A stretch of 64,000 nt of DNA from Oculina patagonica (taxonomy: Eukaryota): contig NC_135770.1 in the NCBI RefSeq assembly GCF_052425735.1, positions 29,822,001-29,886,000 on the forward strand. The letters run 5' to 3'. Within the stretch, counting starts at the first letter, position 1; each line of letters opens with the position of its first letter. A program made the translations under genes and the position numbers. The notes under the pieces were generated by a model. That model searched no databases. It was not told the DNA's origin and worked only from the letters and a program-made list of their open reading frames with translations. Positions 39,233 to 53,519 of the stretch are shown here, piece by piece.

Positions 39233-39816
39233 TACCCTATTTACTCGAATAAGCGCCGTGGTGCTTATTAAATTTTTCGCGCCTCAAGTGCGGCGCTTAT
39301 TTTGAGGGCGGCACTTATATTATATTTTAAAATTTGGACACAACAAAGAATCTAATCTTTTACAGTAACTGAAAATAGCGTCTTTTGATTGTCAGTATTT
39401 GTCTCTTGCTGAAGAGAGAAGTGGCTCAAGCTGTCCTGGCAATGTTCATGGCCTTCACAACATTTACAGGATTACGTATTGTAAGAATGTTGGATAGAAG
39501 AACTAATGGTCAAGCGGTAAAAGAACCACTTTGAACTGCAAAACATCGCCTTTGATGAAAAAATAAATGTCCAAGTTTGTTATAGAGTTGCTTTGTAGTG
39601 CTGTTTTAAGTTAAATGGAATTTCTCGAATAAGCGCCACATCAGGACTGCGGCGCTTATTCGGGGGCGGCGCTTATTAACTTTTGCCCCAAATGCGGCGC
39701 TTAATCAAGGGCTGCACTTATTCGGGGGCGGCGCTTATTAACTTTTGTCCCAAATGCGGCACTTAATCAAGGGCCGCACTTATTCGGGGGTGGCGCTTAT
39801 TCGAGTAAATACCGTA
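39233..39816. mobile_element. Tc1/mariner (pogo/Tigger-like) MITE
   Basis: Same family as 22837-23343, with a ~62-bp tandem duplication near the right end. Confidence 0.8.
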
Positions 39817-40072
39817 TCTACATTATGAGCAAAATTACTAATACTTTTTTGGCTTTTCGATTAAGTTGGGTTAAGCATAGTGGTCTAACCCATCTACCAG
39901 GATTTTTTTTTTAAAAAATAGTGCCACAATCAAGAAATTATAGAAAGTCTTCAGTTTGCGTGAAAGCAAATTTTAACAAACCTAAAAAAAGTACCATGAT
40001 GCAAACTCGCAAATGTAAGTTGATCAGTATATGAAGAAGTTACATTTGGAACTTAAAACTATAGCTGATGCT

Positions 40073-43000
40073 TCATTCTTGTTCCAAACCATTCACATTC
40101 TCACCGGGTGATTTCCAAATCATGTGGACATAGTATGCAGGCAACTCAACTTGTCCAAGGGGTTCAAAGTCGCCAAACACTTGATGCCTTGCATCTTCAC
40201 CAAAAATGCCCTTGAGGAGGTTACTGAACGTGTTTAGGCGCAAAGGGCAGTAGGACAGACGGAACTTGCTAAAAAGGGGAAAAAATGGGCAAGGTTATGT
40301 GTAGCCTTTCGGAAAGATGTCCCCTCTAAAAAATAGTCTGCTTGAAAATGACCTACGAATGTCAACATTTTGGTATATTTCTGGCAGAAAGGCCTATGGA
40401 AGCTTATGGTTTATGTAATAATGCGGTTAGTTTCTGGTGGGGATGGGGGGGGGACCAAAAAGGCCATTTATGAACAAAATAATTGATAAGCCCTGACGGG
40501 GGGCGTTATTCAAACCTTTCATGGTAGGGTATGTATATATTTTTGAATAAAAAATTTGCTTTAAGTTAATTTGAGTGTGATATATAGAACACATTTGAGG
40601 CCAAAAAGAAATGTAGCACCATGGTGAATAGCTTGAGGTGACCTTCATCTTTCTTGAAGTGCAGTCGTGTAGGTGAAAATGCTCACTCAGTGATAATTTT
40701 ATGGTCAACAAAAGGTTAACTCTTAAAAACCTGTTTATTGTGGATAATATACAGTCGTACTCAGTAGAAAAAATTGAAGTAAGAACTTCTGGGCAGACAG
40801 GAATGCAATCGGGTCTGCAAAAAAAAATTACCTGACTTCTGAGCTTTCAGACGACTTCCTCTTTTTCGCTGCTGGTTCTTCTCCCTCTTCTGTGAAATCA
40901 TCTGAAGCCTTGGATGGGTCTACTATGTAGTCCAAAGTTATCATACTTTCTTTCCCATCCACATACAGCACTGAAGTCTTAATGCTTTCAATACAGTCAC
41001 TCTGAAAGAGAAAACAGTTACTTTTAAATATGAACACTACGCAGTACTGGTTCCAGTATTTTCAGTAATATTATGAACACTACTGCTTATTTTTTCAATC
41101 TTATCAGACGGCAAACTTTGTCAAATAGCTTGCACTGCCCTCCCCCAACCCCCCTTCACCCCCCATCCCCCCCCCCTCACCTGACCACCAGAGGAAGAGA
41201 CTGGCTTTGGCGTGGGGTGTACTGAAACCCAAAATGAAACGACACCACAGTATTTCACTCCAACTCACTTGGGTTACCTTTTCTCTGGTTTGCTAGCGAC
41301 TAGCTTTCAATCCAGTTTGCTTGTGGTGCAGTTCCACTCCCATTTGCTTGCAGTTAACTTTTACTTTTAATTTGTTGGTTAGTTATTTCAGGTATTAGTA
41401 CATGTGTACATGTCCCTTGGCACTGCCACCGCCCAACACAGAGGCAAATAAAATCAGAATAAAATATAAATTAATAATTATAAGAAGGAAAACTTACATT
41501 GTAGTACAAATTTCGCTGAGGGGCCTTGCCAGTATCAAGAATGGCATCATAATTGCGATGATCAATGAACAGGATTCCACCAGGCTTTAACATGTCTTTA
41601 AAGTTTTGAATTGCCAACTTCTGATTGGACAGATCTCCCTGGAAGTCTGGCAGATGAGCAAATGAATTGCCAAGACAGATAACTGCATCGAAACCCTGCG
41701 AAGGAACATCAATAGCAGCATCATGCAATGACAGCCAGTTGCCTTCTTCGATTTCTGGAAGAGATAAAGAGGAAACAGTTTTGTGTTATGATCCTGAACA
41801 CAATTCATCACTACAGAGATTAAGCTTAATGATGATAATTAAACGTATCCAACAACAAGCAATTTATTACAGAGTCAAAGCAACAGTTAAAATGTAGCTA
41901 GAGAGAATAAATAAAATTGTCATCTGGATAGCTTGAAAAGATGGACTGTATTCTTCCAAACAATAATACGAATGAAATGTTCTGGCACCAAAAAGGAGAA
42001 TACTAATTTTGATATTTTTGTACCTGGGAGCTAAGTTGGCCCATACATTGTATAATATATTTTTGAAGCTAAATAGTGGTGGGGAACAAGAAAGCAGGAG
42101 CCCGAGAGAAAAGGGGTGGGAAGTGGGAGAAGACAGGGCAGGAAGCAGGATTCCAAAGGTTGTGGGAACTGAAAAGGAAAAAAGTAAAATCCCGCAATTA
42201 TATTTTGTTACATTTCACAACTGATATGCAACAAAAAGGAGGGAACCATTATGGAAAGGGGCAGGAAGTGGGAGTAAGTCTCAAGAAGCGATTTCGAGAG
42301 CTCAAAAGCTCCCACTCCCATCGCTTCGCAATATGACATGCAAGTGTTGACAACGTATTGACATCTTGCTGTCAATGCTCCAAGCGTTAGCCAATCATAT
42401 TTTTGCGTTGTGAGAGCAACGCATAATTCAAACACTGTGGCTTAGTGGGTAGTCCCTATTTTTTAGCTTCTCACCTTGCCCCGCCTCCTCCCCCGTGCGT
42501 ATTTTTTTTTGCTTCAAGCTCGGCGGACCTTCGAAAAAAAAATTTCGCTTGAACAAGCTCGACGGACTCTGCGAAAAAATAGGGACTGCTCGTAGTCTAG
42601 CTTTTGGTAGGCACTTGTTAATTTACATCCTATGGCCAAAAAATAACAAACTGGATTTTCAAGATTAGCCACCTCTGCAAGAAATTGGTTCTTGCTGTTG
42701 TGATCCAATAGTTTTAGTGTATTACTTACCCCAATTATCAAATGCTTCCTCCTTACGACGCTGCCAGCGTATTTTCCATGCCTGTTTTAACATTTTATCA
42801 CTGGCATCTGTGCTTGTCATCCTAAAGTTGTTTTCAAGTAACATAATAGAGTCCACCCTGAAAGCGCAACATCATCATTAGCCGCTTTTCCATCACTAGT
42901 CCATTGCAGGGTTACCCCCAGCATTATTTTGCTGGTATTTAGTAATACCCATTTATTTACCTAGGAGGAGAGATTGAGGCACTTAATGTGAGGAAAGTGT

Positions 43001-44669
43001 CTTGCCCAAGAACACAACAGATTGCCCTGGCCAGGGCTGGAACCCAGAATGCTTGATCCAGAGTCCAGCTCACTAACCATCAGGCCACCACACCTCTGGC
43101 TGAGGCAGGGGCAACCCCATTACACAAACTATGCGGCTGTATAAGGCTAAATTGCAGGGGAGTATTATTTTCTTGGACCTTTTGCTGGGGGTGCATCACT
43201 AAGTTTTTTGACACTTGCTCTACTTTTTATCAAAGTGATGATAAAAAATGTGACCTTTCATCTGACAGTGATTTTTCCAACCTGACGTTTAAGATTTACA
43301 CCCCATTTTCAGACATGTACTTTCAATGTGTATGTCATATCCTAAGACCTGAAGCATCCTTGGTTACTTCTCTTTCCTGGCTTATGAATTCTGTGATTCA
43401 TACCCATTATTATACACAATATCAAGGGAGATAAGTTATGGTGAATGGTTAGGCCTGTAGGGCAATGCATACCCCACATGGCAGGTACGGGCTCTCATTT
43501 TACTTTCCCCAGGGAATAACTCGATCATGGATCCAGAAACCCATAAGTTGGTTTTTTGTTTCTATGGATCCCAATCATTCGCTTATGAATAAAGTAGGCA
43601 AAGCAAAGTTACCTTGATTTGACTCTTGTATTCTTCCTTTTTTATCAAGCCCCAAGGCTTGAAAGGTGAAGGAAGTTCAACCTAGCTACTACTGACAAAA
43701 TGACAACTGCATGCATCCTGCAGTTCCATGAGATTTAAGAATCTTGGAACTCAAGTTTGAGTGATCAGGTGTCTTATCTGTAAATAAACATCAACACCAA
43801 CCAAAACAGAGGTCAACTTTGGAATGAAAACTTGACAGAAAAAATCACAAGACTATACAACCCCTGATTACAACAGAATTCAAGCTCACTAGTGAAACAA
43901 AATAGAAAGGAGAAATGATCAAAAAATATCTTCTGAACTAAATCATTGAAAACTAAGACTAATTCTAACGTGACCCTTTAAACGGTTGTTACTTGCAAAT
44001 AAGCTTATGACTGTATTCAGACGAATCACGAAACTCTTTTATCCAAATACTAATATTAGATCCCCAAGCCAACGAACGTCAAAACAAGCAGTTTCGGTCA
44101 CGTTCGAACCAACTTGAAACCCGTATTAACCTGCCGGCAATCAAGGCGAACCGGCTTCACAACAAGAGTGACAAGTCGAACACAAACGAATTGTTGATTT
44201 CATTGATCTTTGCCACGAGTTTAATGCCACGAGCTTTAGAAAATGCACGATCTAATCAAATAAAAACCTTTTGGCATGGCAGGATGCGACTACGAATCTG
44301 CACTGCTCAATAAAGAATTAAAACATAACATTTACGGTATAAATCTAACAGATTCAAAGTTTCTTAATTTCAAGTTCCCTCATGAGGTGTCGATTTCAAT
44401 GTGATGAATATAAACGCAAGTGAATTATCTTCTTTGCAATAAGGTTTCTAGCCGTTATCTTACCCTGTGCCACATGCGACATCTAGGATATGCTTCACAT
44501 CGTTTTCTCTCAGGAGGTTACAGAAAAACTCTTTGTACGACTCGGTTCTTTTCTTGTGACCGCCGATGTAGTGTTGCCAAACCCGTGCTGCCTTTCCATC
44601 TGCGTACTGATCGGGAATACCAGAAACGCCAATTCCTAGCGAACGCGTACGGTAAACACTGTCAACCAT
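40073..44669 (-). CDS. GNMT: Glycine N-methyltransferase, 318 aa, 5 exons
   Basis: Exons 44669-44464, 42857-42730, 41754-41498, 41001-40832, 40268-40073 (957 nt, open). [67 protein letters not shown]. Confidence 0.96.
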
Positions 44670-44999
44670 GGCGAATTTAGTGCTCGTGAGAATCTTTCTC
44701 GTTGAAACCTATCTAGCGTCGCAAGGTGTAATGATCGCAGTTCCTGTGTTTCCCGTGTAATCTACGTAAACTTTCTGGTTGTAAATAAAGTTGTAAGCAG
44801 CATGACTGGAAAGACTTGTTTTTATTTCCTAATATGGAGTGCCCATTGTTCTGGAGCTTCTTGTTATGGAAAGCATGACCTAATATGGTGGAACATTGTG
44901 GGCGTGAATCTCTGTGAAAAAAAAAGCGCGAGATTCTAGTTTGGCGCAAGTTTTGGCGGGAATGATAGAATCACCAGCCCAGCGGGCAGCTTTAAGGAC

Positions 45000-45845
45000 T
45001 TTTTGTGTCTAGTGCGAAGCGCAGACACTAAGCTATAACGCTAAAATTTTTCAGTAAGTACTTCATATACGGCAAATTATGACGTCATACTAACCAAATT
45101 TCACTGAGGTTTCTAATACGTGACAGCGTACACGAAGTATTTTACAGAAATGCTTCTCTGCATAATAGTAATCGATAATCACTCGTTTTGCCTTCGTTAC
45201 CCCTTCGTTATTCCTTTGTGAACAACTGATGAAAACGTAGAACAAACGGAACAAGTCTAATTTGAGATAATTAAGACATTAATTACGTCAACAAACGTCA
45301 ACACAATGTATTGCGCTAAAAATAATAAATTCTCGGACGTTTGAAGACTCTTGTCTCTTCATTAACGTTAAAACTGCCGTTAACAGACAGCACGCGCAAG
45401 ACCCTGCATTCAAATGGGATAAACGTTGACTTTGCTTTCTTGTGACAGTGCAAGCGCGCGCTTGCGGCGAAGATGCATTTTAAATTAATTTAAATGTACA
45501 CGCGCGTGCTGTCTGTTAACCGCATTTTTTACACTTACGAAGACGCGCGTGACGGTATTTTTAACGCTCACGAAGAGACAGAAGTGTCGAAACGTCCGAG
45601 AATTTTTTGTCTTTTAGCGCATCAACAATACTTTTGTTCAGATGTACGCGAGAGTAATTTATTTAAATCTCTTACTGTACAAATTGCTTCTCTGATCATG
45701 GCGCGTGCCCGATATCTTACACTGTGACAATGCGAGCGCGTGCTAATGGCGAAGACGCGTGCTGTCTGTTAACGGTATTTTTACGCCGATGAAGAAACAG
45801 AATTCTCGAAACATACCAGAATCTTTTGTATTTGAGTGCACCAAG
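45000..45845. repeat. Repeat with terminal hairpin and internal inverted/tandem blocks
   Basis: Hairpin gtgtctagtgcgaagcgcagacac at ~45005; ttaacagacagcacgcg (45380) is inverted at ~45502 and ~45756. Confidence 0.5.
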
Positions 45846-46427
45846 AATACTGTTGTTTAACTTAACTTCTACCCATATTTCTTCACTACACTGTTGAAGC
45901 TAGAATCCTCTACAACTATAGTCTATGCCGACAAAAACCTAATAAATGCACTACCGTGACCGAGCAATACAGTAATGCACAAAGCTCAATAAAGCTCAGC
46001 ACAAGACACATGTACGCAGTGCGGACCTATTTTTTTAATGCTTTCACTTTCTGCCTTTGAAAGTGTATAAAATATAACTTTCTGGTCTTGTTTTCGGCTC
46101 GCACTCTTCCTGTGTTTCGCTGTTATCTTCTGCTGGTAAGTCAGCCAAAACCCTTTTATTACAGTTTTTGTGGGGTTCTTGTAACTAGATTAATAACCAG
46201 GCCTTTGTATCTTTCCATTATTTTCTTGTATTTTGACAGAGTTAATAGTATTATCAGAGTTAATCTATTAACTCTGATTTTGACGCATGATCAAATCACG
46301 CCTTTCAAGATTATAAATTGCGAAATTGAATATTCTTTATGTTCATTGCTTTCTTTTTTTTTTTCTTTCTTTCTTTCTTTTTTACTTTTTTTGCTGTTGG
46401 CGTTGATTGAGATAGTTGTGCTGTAAT

Positions 46428-47642
46428 GAGGGTGCTAATGGGGTTAACAGTTAACTGACAATTGGCCAAAAAAATAGTAGTTAACTAATATTTGGCCAAA
46501 AAATTAGTAGTTAACTGATAAATGAAAAGTTAACAGGTAACTGACATTCTATTAATTATACCAAGTACGATTATTGTTGTTAATAAAAAACAACCAAGTT
46601 TTCCTGACAGGAAGGCTATTTTCGTGGTATTTACCTGTCCCGCTGCGTTACCAGGTGAAATATTAACAGATTTTACATGCGAGAGGTACCAGGGTCGTAC
46701 CGGGCACATGTTGATCTCTGTGATGGCGTCGAGTGGGGCGTGGTCAAAGTAATTCTGAGTTTTTATCGAGATGATGACAAGGGATCGGCAATCGAACGAC
46801 ACAGAGGTCGCGTACCGTTTAACATGGCAAAACACAATTCAATGGACATGGCTTGTAAACATTTGTTGGATTTGAATTCATGGAAATCGAACGACAAGCG
46901 GATAAGTTTGATCTCAGTGCAAACACACCGAGCTGCCATAGGCACTAAAATGGCGGTCAAATCATACGAATAAGTGCTTGACATACGCACCGATTACAAG
47001 CCCACTGAAACAATTAAATATACTTATTACTCCTCGTGTCAACCACCAGGAGTTCATCAAAGGTGAGGCCTTGAGACTGCATGCTGCTTACAACAAATTC
47101 CTCTAAAACAAAACTTGAGGAAAAAATCAAGCATTTCCAATCACATCTTATCGAGAAAGGTTACCCAGAGAGCCTAGTCCAAAGAACTCTCACGGAACAA
47201 ACAAACAAAACAAAACTTAAAATCTTGCCTTCTGTAACGCAATACCAACCAGCAGTACCAAACACAGACCAAACTTGAAGCTAATACTCCTGAAAAATTG
47301 GCATTTAATACAAGAACGATTGCTCTAGAAAATATTCGAAGTACCTTCCCTAATATTATACAAAAGGTGTAGGTATCTCAAAGAACTCGTGAGACCGAAA
47401 CTATGAAAATGGCTAATACACGTGCATGAGAGTCGTGCATGCCTGTCATTCTATTTTTTATCACTGACGTGGTGAAGTAAAGAAAATCCAGGTTATGGCG
47501 CACTAATTTTCGCTGTAAGAAAGTTAATAGATAACTAGAATTAGTAGTTAACTGACAATTGGTGAAAAAAATAGTAGTTAACTGACAATTGGCCTAAAAA
47601 TTAGTAGTTAACTGACAATTGGGTACCCCCATTAGCACCCTC
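46428..47642. mobile_element. Non-autonomous TIR element with 6-bp TSD
   Basis: TIR gagggtgctaatgggg / ccccattagcaccctc, TGTAAT on both flanks, subterminal agtagttaactgacaattgg repeats. Confidence 0.8.
46975..47440 (+). mobile_element. Degenerate Penelope-like retroelement fragment nested in the TIR element
   Basis: Frameshifted YKPTET..Y..SSC.PPG / FIKGEALRL / TNSSKTKLEEKIKHFQSHLIEKGYP, resembling the region C-terminal to Penelope RT. Confidence 0.7.
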
Positions 47643-48522
47643 TGTAATGGATAATTTTGTGGTCGAATTTGTTTGGCTTAGTAATTGAACTGCACAAAAA
47701 AGTATTGATGCCAAGCCAGCTCTTTGCATTGCACTGGTACCCAAATTGGCGACCTGTTTGGAAACTTTTTGTCGCCAAATTTTGTTTTCACTCGCAACGA
47801 CAACCAAAATGGTCACAGCTGGGAGCACTGTATGGGATGAAATTTCCCACACATTCGACGGCTTCAAGAAACTACGTTCTTACGAGCTGTCACACGCGCG
47901 CGACTTCGCGCTGATTTTCCATCTAATTCACCGGTTAATTTTAAATGTTATTGTATAAAACAAGTCGACCACATTTTTCCGTGGTCTACAATCTTATGGA
48001 CCCTAGAAATGATGCCATAAAATGTCCAAAACGGCTAACGGCTCTTGGTTCCACATGAGATTTGAACATTTTATGACGTCATTCAGTCTATGGTCAATAA
48101 AAGAATTGGTTCATGCTTTTAGCTGTGCGTATATCGAGTAATGGATGCAAGCGGGAAGTTTGTAGAGCACCCAAGAAGCTAGAGGTGCTCTCGGCTACGC
48201 CTCGAGAACCTTTAGGCATCTCTCGTGCTCTCCAAACTTCCCGCTTGCACCCGTAGCTCAATATACGCACACTAAGCATGTAATAATTCTTGCTAAGTAC
48301 TTACTACTTACTTATCCTCATCGGGCCCATGAGGACTCTTGATGCTAAATATAACAAAGAAATTTTTTTTGAACATGATAAAATTTTAAAAATCTTCTCC
48401 CAAATAGGGGTTCTTATCATACGTTGGGTCATTTGCCAAGTATTTGTGTGACAAGATTAAGAAACTTTACTCCACCCTAAAGAACTGGAGGCAGGAAAAA
48501 GTGGTTTTTGAAACTAAAAGAT

Positions 48523-48810
48523 ACACCTAATTGCAATAACGTTGTCATAGAAAAAAGTAAAAAAGGAAAAAGGTAAATAGGAATTAATTAGCTTAGTTTC
48601 ACAACTGGTAGCATTTACAGAAATTTCACGAGTTTTATCTGCACTTTTGAAGTCCACATTTTTATGCTGTAACAAGATTAATTGATTTATTCATATTTTG
48701 AAGCATTTTGAGGCCATTTGTATGAATAAATTTCATGCATGCGCTTAATTAATTCCTATTTGACTTTTTCCTTTTTCCTTTTTTCTATGACAACCTTATT
48801 GCAATTAGGT
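48523..48810. mobile_element. MITE with ~70-bp TIR
   Basis: acacctaattgcaataa..ttgtcatagaaaaaa / ttttttctatgacaa..ttattgcaattaggtgt. Confidence 0.7.
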
Positions 48811-49159
48811 GTACCTAGCTTCATTTCTATCTGTTGGAACTATCAACGAGTCGGGTAAAATAAAATTAGTATATTTACAGTGTCTGTGAAGAACAGCATA
48901 TTCACATTTCCGCTTTACTAAAGTGAAAATGAAGAAAAATAATTTTTTACGGTTCTTTTGTCTGTTTGTTTTTGTTTTGTTTTGTTTTAATTCAGGATAC
49001 ATAAAATCTATTATTGAATGAATACACAAAGACCTGCACTATTTTATATATAACTAAATGCTGCTTTCTGATTATCAAAGTTACTAAAGTCTAGAAGTTT
49101 AAACCATTTTTCAAACAACCAATGTCGTGATCTGATGAACTTGGATTTACAATCCACTT

Positions 49160-49730
49160 GTCGCGCCTTTTCCTTCACTAGAATATTCTTTTTTCTTAGG
49201 TCTACGCTATTAAAAAAAACCTGATAGTGCACCTGCAATTTAAGTGACAAAATTCAATTTGATATGGAATTTCCATCTAAGAACTCCTAGTTAATAAATT
49301 TATAGATTAATGAATAATAAATTATCTCAAAAAAGTGTGCTTGGCGCGTCTTTACCTTCACTAGAATGTTTTTTTTTTACTCAGGTCTACGCTATTAAAA
49401 AAAAAACCTAGCGTCTTCCTCCAGTGCACCTGCAATTTAAGTGACAACAATTCAATATGATATTCGAATTTTAATTTCCTTTTTCCATTTAATAACTCCT
49501 AATTAATAAAATTATCGTGATAAAGTTTGCGTGCCGCGTCTTTACCTTCATTAGATTAATGTTCTTTTACACAGGTCTACGCTATTATTAATAAAGGAAA
49601 CGCGATTTCCTTTGGTACACCTGCAATTAAAGTGAGGAGTTACAACATTTTAATATGATATGGAATTTCAACTTCCTCTTTCCATCAAGAACTTCTCATC
49701 AATAAAATATCGCGATAAAGTTTGCAGTTA
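49160..49730. repeat. Three diverged ~190-bp tandem repeats
   Basis: ggtctacgctatta at ~49199, 49385 and 49574, each followed by cacctgcaatt. Confidence 0.75.
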
Positions 49731-50099
49731 TGCAAATTTTAGACATCTGTCCCTTTTAGTTGTGAAATAAGATACGATCTTACTTCAAAATCAGTAACCT
49801 GCAGGTACATACGCTTTGTACCTATCAGAGATCAGTAGAATTTCAAAAAGTCATATTTTTATTTTAATTCATTATGCAGCTCACGTTTTTCTAAAAATTA
49901 TTTATATTCTGGCTTTAAACAACAAAACCAAACTTCATAACTGAAAATTTAGATTTTGCTAAGGTAAAAACGTTTGGAAAGAATTAAAACAGCATGAAAA
50001 AGAACCGTTTGTCATAAGAACATCTGCGTGTCAATTTAGATTAGCATTCTTCTGACTAATTCAGTTAATATAATTCGACGTGTTTGAGAATACTTGTAA

Positions 50100-50150
50100 C
50101 AGGCCAATCACGGATGGAATAAATACTATTGGTCGTTAAACTTATAAAGC
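50100..50150 (+). promoter_or_regulatory. Candidate core promoter of the GPCR (CCAAT boxes plus TATA)
   Basis: gccaatc (~50103), attgg (~50128) and ttataaag (~50142) lie ~80-130 bp upstream of ATG 50229. Confidence 0.45.
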
Positions 50151-50228
50151 AGCGATTGGCCATCAGTCCACACGAAAACTTCGGTGATAGTAAGTGAATA
50201 CTTATATAGATACCCATATTGCAGAAAA

Positions 50229-51178
50229 ATGGAAATGACAAACTTCACTGAAAATGGAGGGCAGAAACGATTCGAGCAACTGTTTTGTTCGGCAGATGTA
50301 ACTGGTGGAATACACTACCAGTTGATATGTCTTTCGGTGATGAATATTTTTCTGTCCATAACTGCCAGTCTGGGGAATACTCTGATTCTAGTTGCCCTTA
50401 ACAAGGAGTCTTCCCTGCATTCTCCATCGAAACTATTGCTTCGCAACCTAGCACTAACTGATCTCTACGTTGGTCTTATTGCACACCCTGCCGTCATTGC
50501 CCAGTGGATGTCTGCGATGAACGAACATTGGGATATTTGCCGCTATTCATTCGTTTCAAGTTTCGTAGCAGGCTACATTCTGGGTTCAGTGTCTTTGTTG
50601 ACACTGACTGCAATAAGCGTGGACAGACTTCTCGCCCTGTTGTTGGGACTGAGATACAGACACGTTGTATCTTTGAAACGAACATGCGTGATTTCAGGAG
50701 GCTTTTGGATCATCTCCATTGCCGCTACATCAATGTATTTTTTGAATTACCGTATAATATTATGGTGTAGCTATATCGCTATACCTCTATGTCTATTAAC
50801 CTCAATCTTCTCCTACACGAAGATTTTCTTCACCCTTCGCCGTCATCAAGCTCAAGTACAAGGCTCTGGACAAAACCAAACTCGTCAAGAGCGACGGAGT
50901 CAAACAATTCCGCTGAACATAGCGCGGTACAAGAAGGCGGTGTTCAGTGCACTGTGGTTGCAGTTAATATTAGTTGTTTGTTATCTGCCACATGGTATAG
51001 TAGAAGCTTTATTCACTCATAGTGATATTTCCTCATCTGTATTTCTTGCAAGACAATTTACGGGAACATTAGTTAATTTAAATTCGTCTTTAACCCGATT
51101 CTTTATTACTGGAAGATGGCACAAGTAAGACAAGCAGTGAAAAACACTATGAGACATCTTTTTTGCTCATTTAGTTAG
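50229..51178 (+). CDS. Class A (rhodopsin-like) GPCR, adenosine/melanocortin-receptor-like, with 1-nt frameshift in TM7 (pseudogene or assembly error)
   Basis: GNTLIL (TM1), LALTD (TM2), AISVDRLLAL (TM3), CYLP (TM6). The ORF goes out of frame at NSSL (~51092); restoring one A gives NSSLNPILYYWKMAQVRQAVKNTMRHLFCSFS-stop at 51178 (316 aa). Confidence 0.88.
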
Positions 51179-52225
51179 TTCGTGAGGCATGTTACTGATC
51201 TTTAATAACAAAAAGAACTAAAATGACAGTTATATCAAAAATTATCGGAAACATTTTGGTGTGTGTCATCTGTTTGGTCAGGGGACTTAACGTTTCTATG
51301 GCATCCATGTTTGACCGAAACTTAGTGTCGTTTCTAGTTTAAGTTTTCCAAAGTGCGCAGTACGTGTTATTTGTTGCTGGATGTTTAGGCCGAAAAAATG
51401 TTTCGAAATTTTGGGTAGTTATCTTAAAAGTCCTCATTACACACTTTATTGCTTGTTTTGTTTTCTCGGGAATAGCACTTTATAACACGTTTTCTATGTC
51501 GTCTTGGGTGACTCCACGAAAAAGCGAAGTTGGAGCGATTTTGAAAGATTGAACAGCTCCCGGTGTCGTCTACCTGTCGTTAGACGGCTTATTCCAGTTT
51601 TCTGGACCAAAATAAAAAATTATGTATTTTTACATTAATTAGTACTTTAATTGGCTTAATTTTGTATCAAAAATAGTGAAAATAGTGAAATCCAAGATGG
51701 CGGATCTAATGACATTATATGACGTCATAAACAACACAAATTATCTCCTCTTGTAGAACAAGCTCAGGGCTTTCTACTCGATGTCAATTGATATTCCACT
51801 TCCTTACTTGTACCACTAGAGGAAAGGGAATGAATTTGCTTGTACGTCCGAGGGTAAAATTAAAAGAGTCTTAAAAATAAATTTGAAAAGCCGTAAAAAA
51901 GGTTGTTGTTGCCATCGTGGTAAAGTACAATAATAAAACAGTATTATCGTTTATCCCACGATGTATTTCCACAACTGGTGCTCGTCCGTGGGGCACCAAG
52001 ATCGCCTTTCCATACTGAGCTCTAAGAATTTTTGTCACAATTACGACAAATAATTCGAGTACAGAATACCACACAGACCTGAGATTCAGAGAGAAAAGAA
52101 TCTATTAAAATAATTTTCTATAACATTTCAAATTCTTGACTTATTTTACCCAAGGGTTTTCGTCTTTCTTTTTTGTGACGTGACAGTAAAAACCAGCTAT
52201 TGCAAAGTCCTATTATTTTTTATCA

Positions 52226-52734
52226 TACCGTATTTTCTTGATTAAACGCCGGACCCCGTTCAAACGCTGGCCTCGTTAAGACGCCGGGTCAAAACTGCTA
52301 ATTTCTAAATAAAGGACGGGGGCGTTTGATCGAGGTCCCGGCGTTTATTCGAGGTCCAGGCGTTGCCGTTTATGGACTTAAAACTTTATATCCGTAACAT
52401 TTACTTGTCCCCATGTTGTTCATATAGTGACTCGGTTCTGTTTGTCACAAATCGTGATTGCAACGTGCCGTATGCAGCACTGTAACCCTTGGTAATAATC
52501 ATTCTCGGAGACCCAGGGACAGTCTGGGACAAAGGGAAAAATTGCTCCGCTTTGACAAACTGGCCCTAGATATTGGAGTATAGGTGTTAATAAATCAACT
52601 TGAAAAATAACAGAAAATTTCACTTCGTTAATAAACGCCGGGCCCCGATTAAACGCGGGCTTCAAATAAACGCCGGGTACACCAGACCAAGTTTGAAATA
52701 AACGCCGGGGGCGTTTAATTGAGAAAATACGGTA
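52226..52734. mobile_element. Tc1/mariner-like MITE
   Basis: TA-ccgtattttct.gattaaacgcc / ggcgtttaattgagaaaatacgg-TA. Confidence 0.75.
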
Positions 52735-53519
52735 CTTTCATCAGTTTCGAACCGCTCAGTAATCCATTCTTTTCGTTGTGTTATTCTAGCTCCATCGAGC
52801 AATACGGTGTAATATTGGGATCCAGTTTTTGGCTACGACCCAGTCTTGCCAACTTTTTTATCACATTGTAGTAACTACATTGCTAATAATACTGTGCTTT
52901 AGCACGTTTTGTGTTATTTGGCCAAATAATTGTGTTGTTTATGTTCAAATTAGTTTGTCACTGTAAATGTAATTTAATAATTTTACCCACGTGACACGGA
53001 GGATCCCTCAGCAGCTCCTTAGAAAGTGTACGTTCAAGGAGATGGAATTGGAATTAGAAGTGTTAGCTTTTGAGGAGGAAAACCAGAGAATCCGGAGGAA
53101 ACCTCTCGGGAAAGGACTGAGAACCAACAACAAACACAACTCACATATGAAGCCGGGTGCAGGATTTGAACCCAGGCCACACTGGTGGGAAGCAAGCGCT
53201 CTCACCACTGTGTCACCCCGGCTCCCCGGCCCATGCATTTCTTCATTTTGTTTGGCTCAGAACATGAGTTAGCTTTCTATTCTTTGCCATGTTCTGCCCT
53301 TCTTGATCAACCTCGTTCACAGGGCTTTTCCCTTTTCCCTTGCTTTTCCCCTCCCAAATTACCAAAGGAAAAGCCCTGAGAACGATGTTGCTTCTTGATT
53401 TATGGTTCTGCAATGTCTTTTAACTACTAGCTTTTATAATTAGCTCATTCTGGGTGTTTGATTTCATAATCTTACTGAACGCTTGTTTTATCAGTTTCGC
53501 ATTATATTTTATTGCTTTT

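Noticed and set aside
50190-50224. gtaagt...ttgcag as a 35-nt intron in the GPCR 5' UTR
   Set aside because: Very short for a spliceosomal intron; cannot be supported without transcripts.
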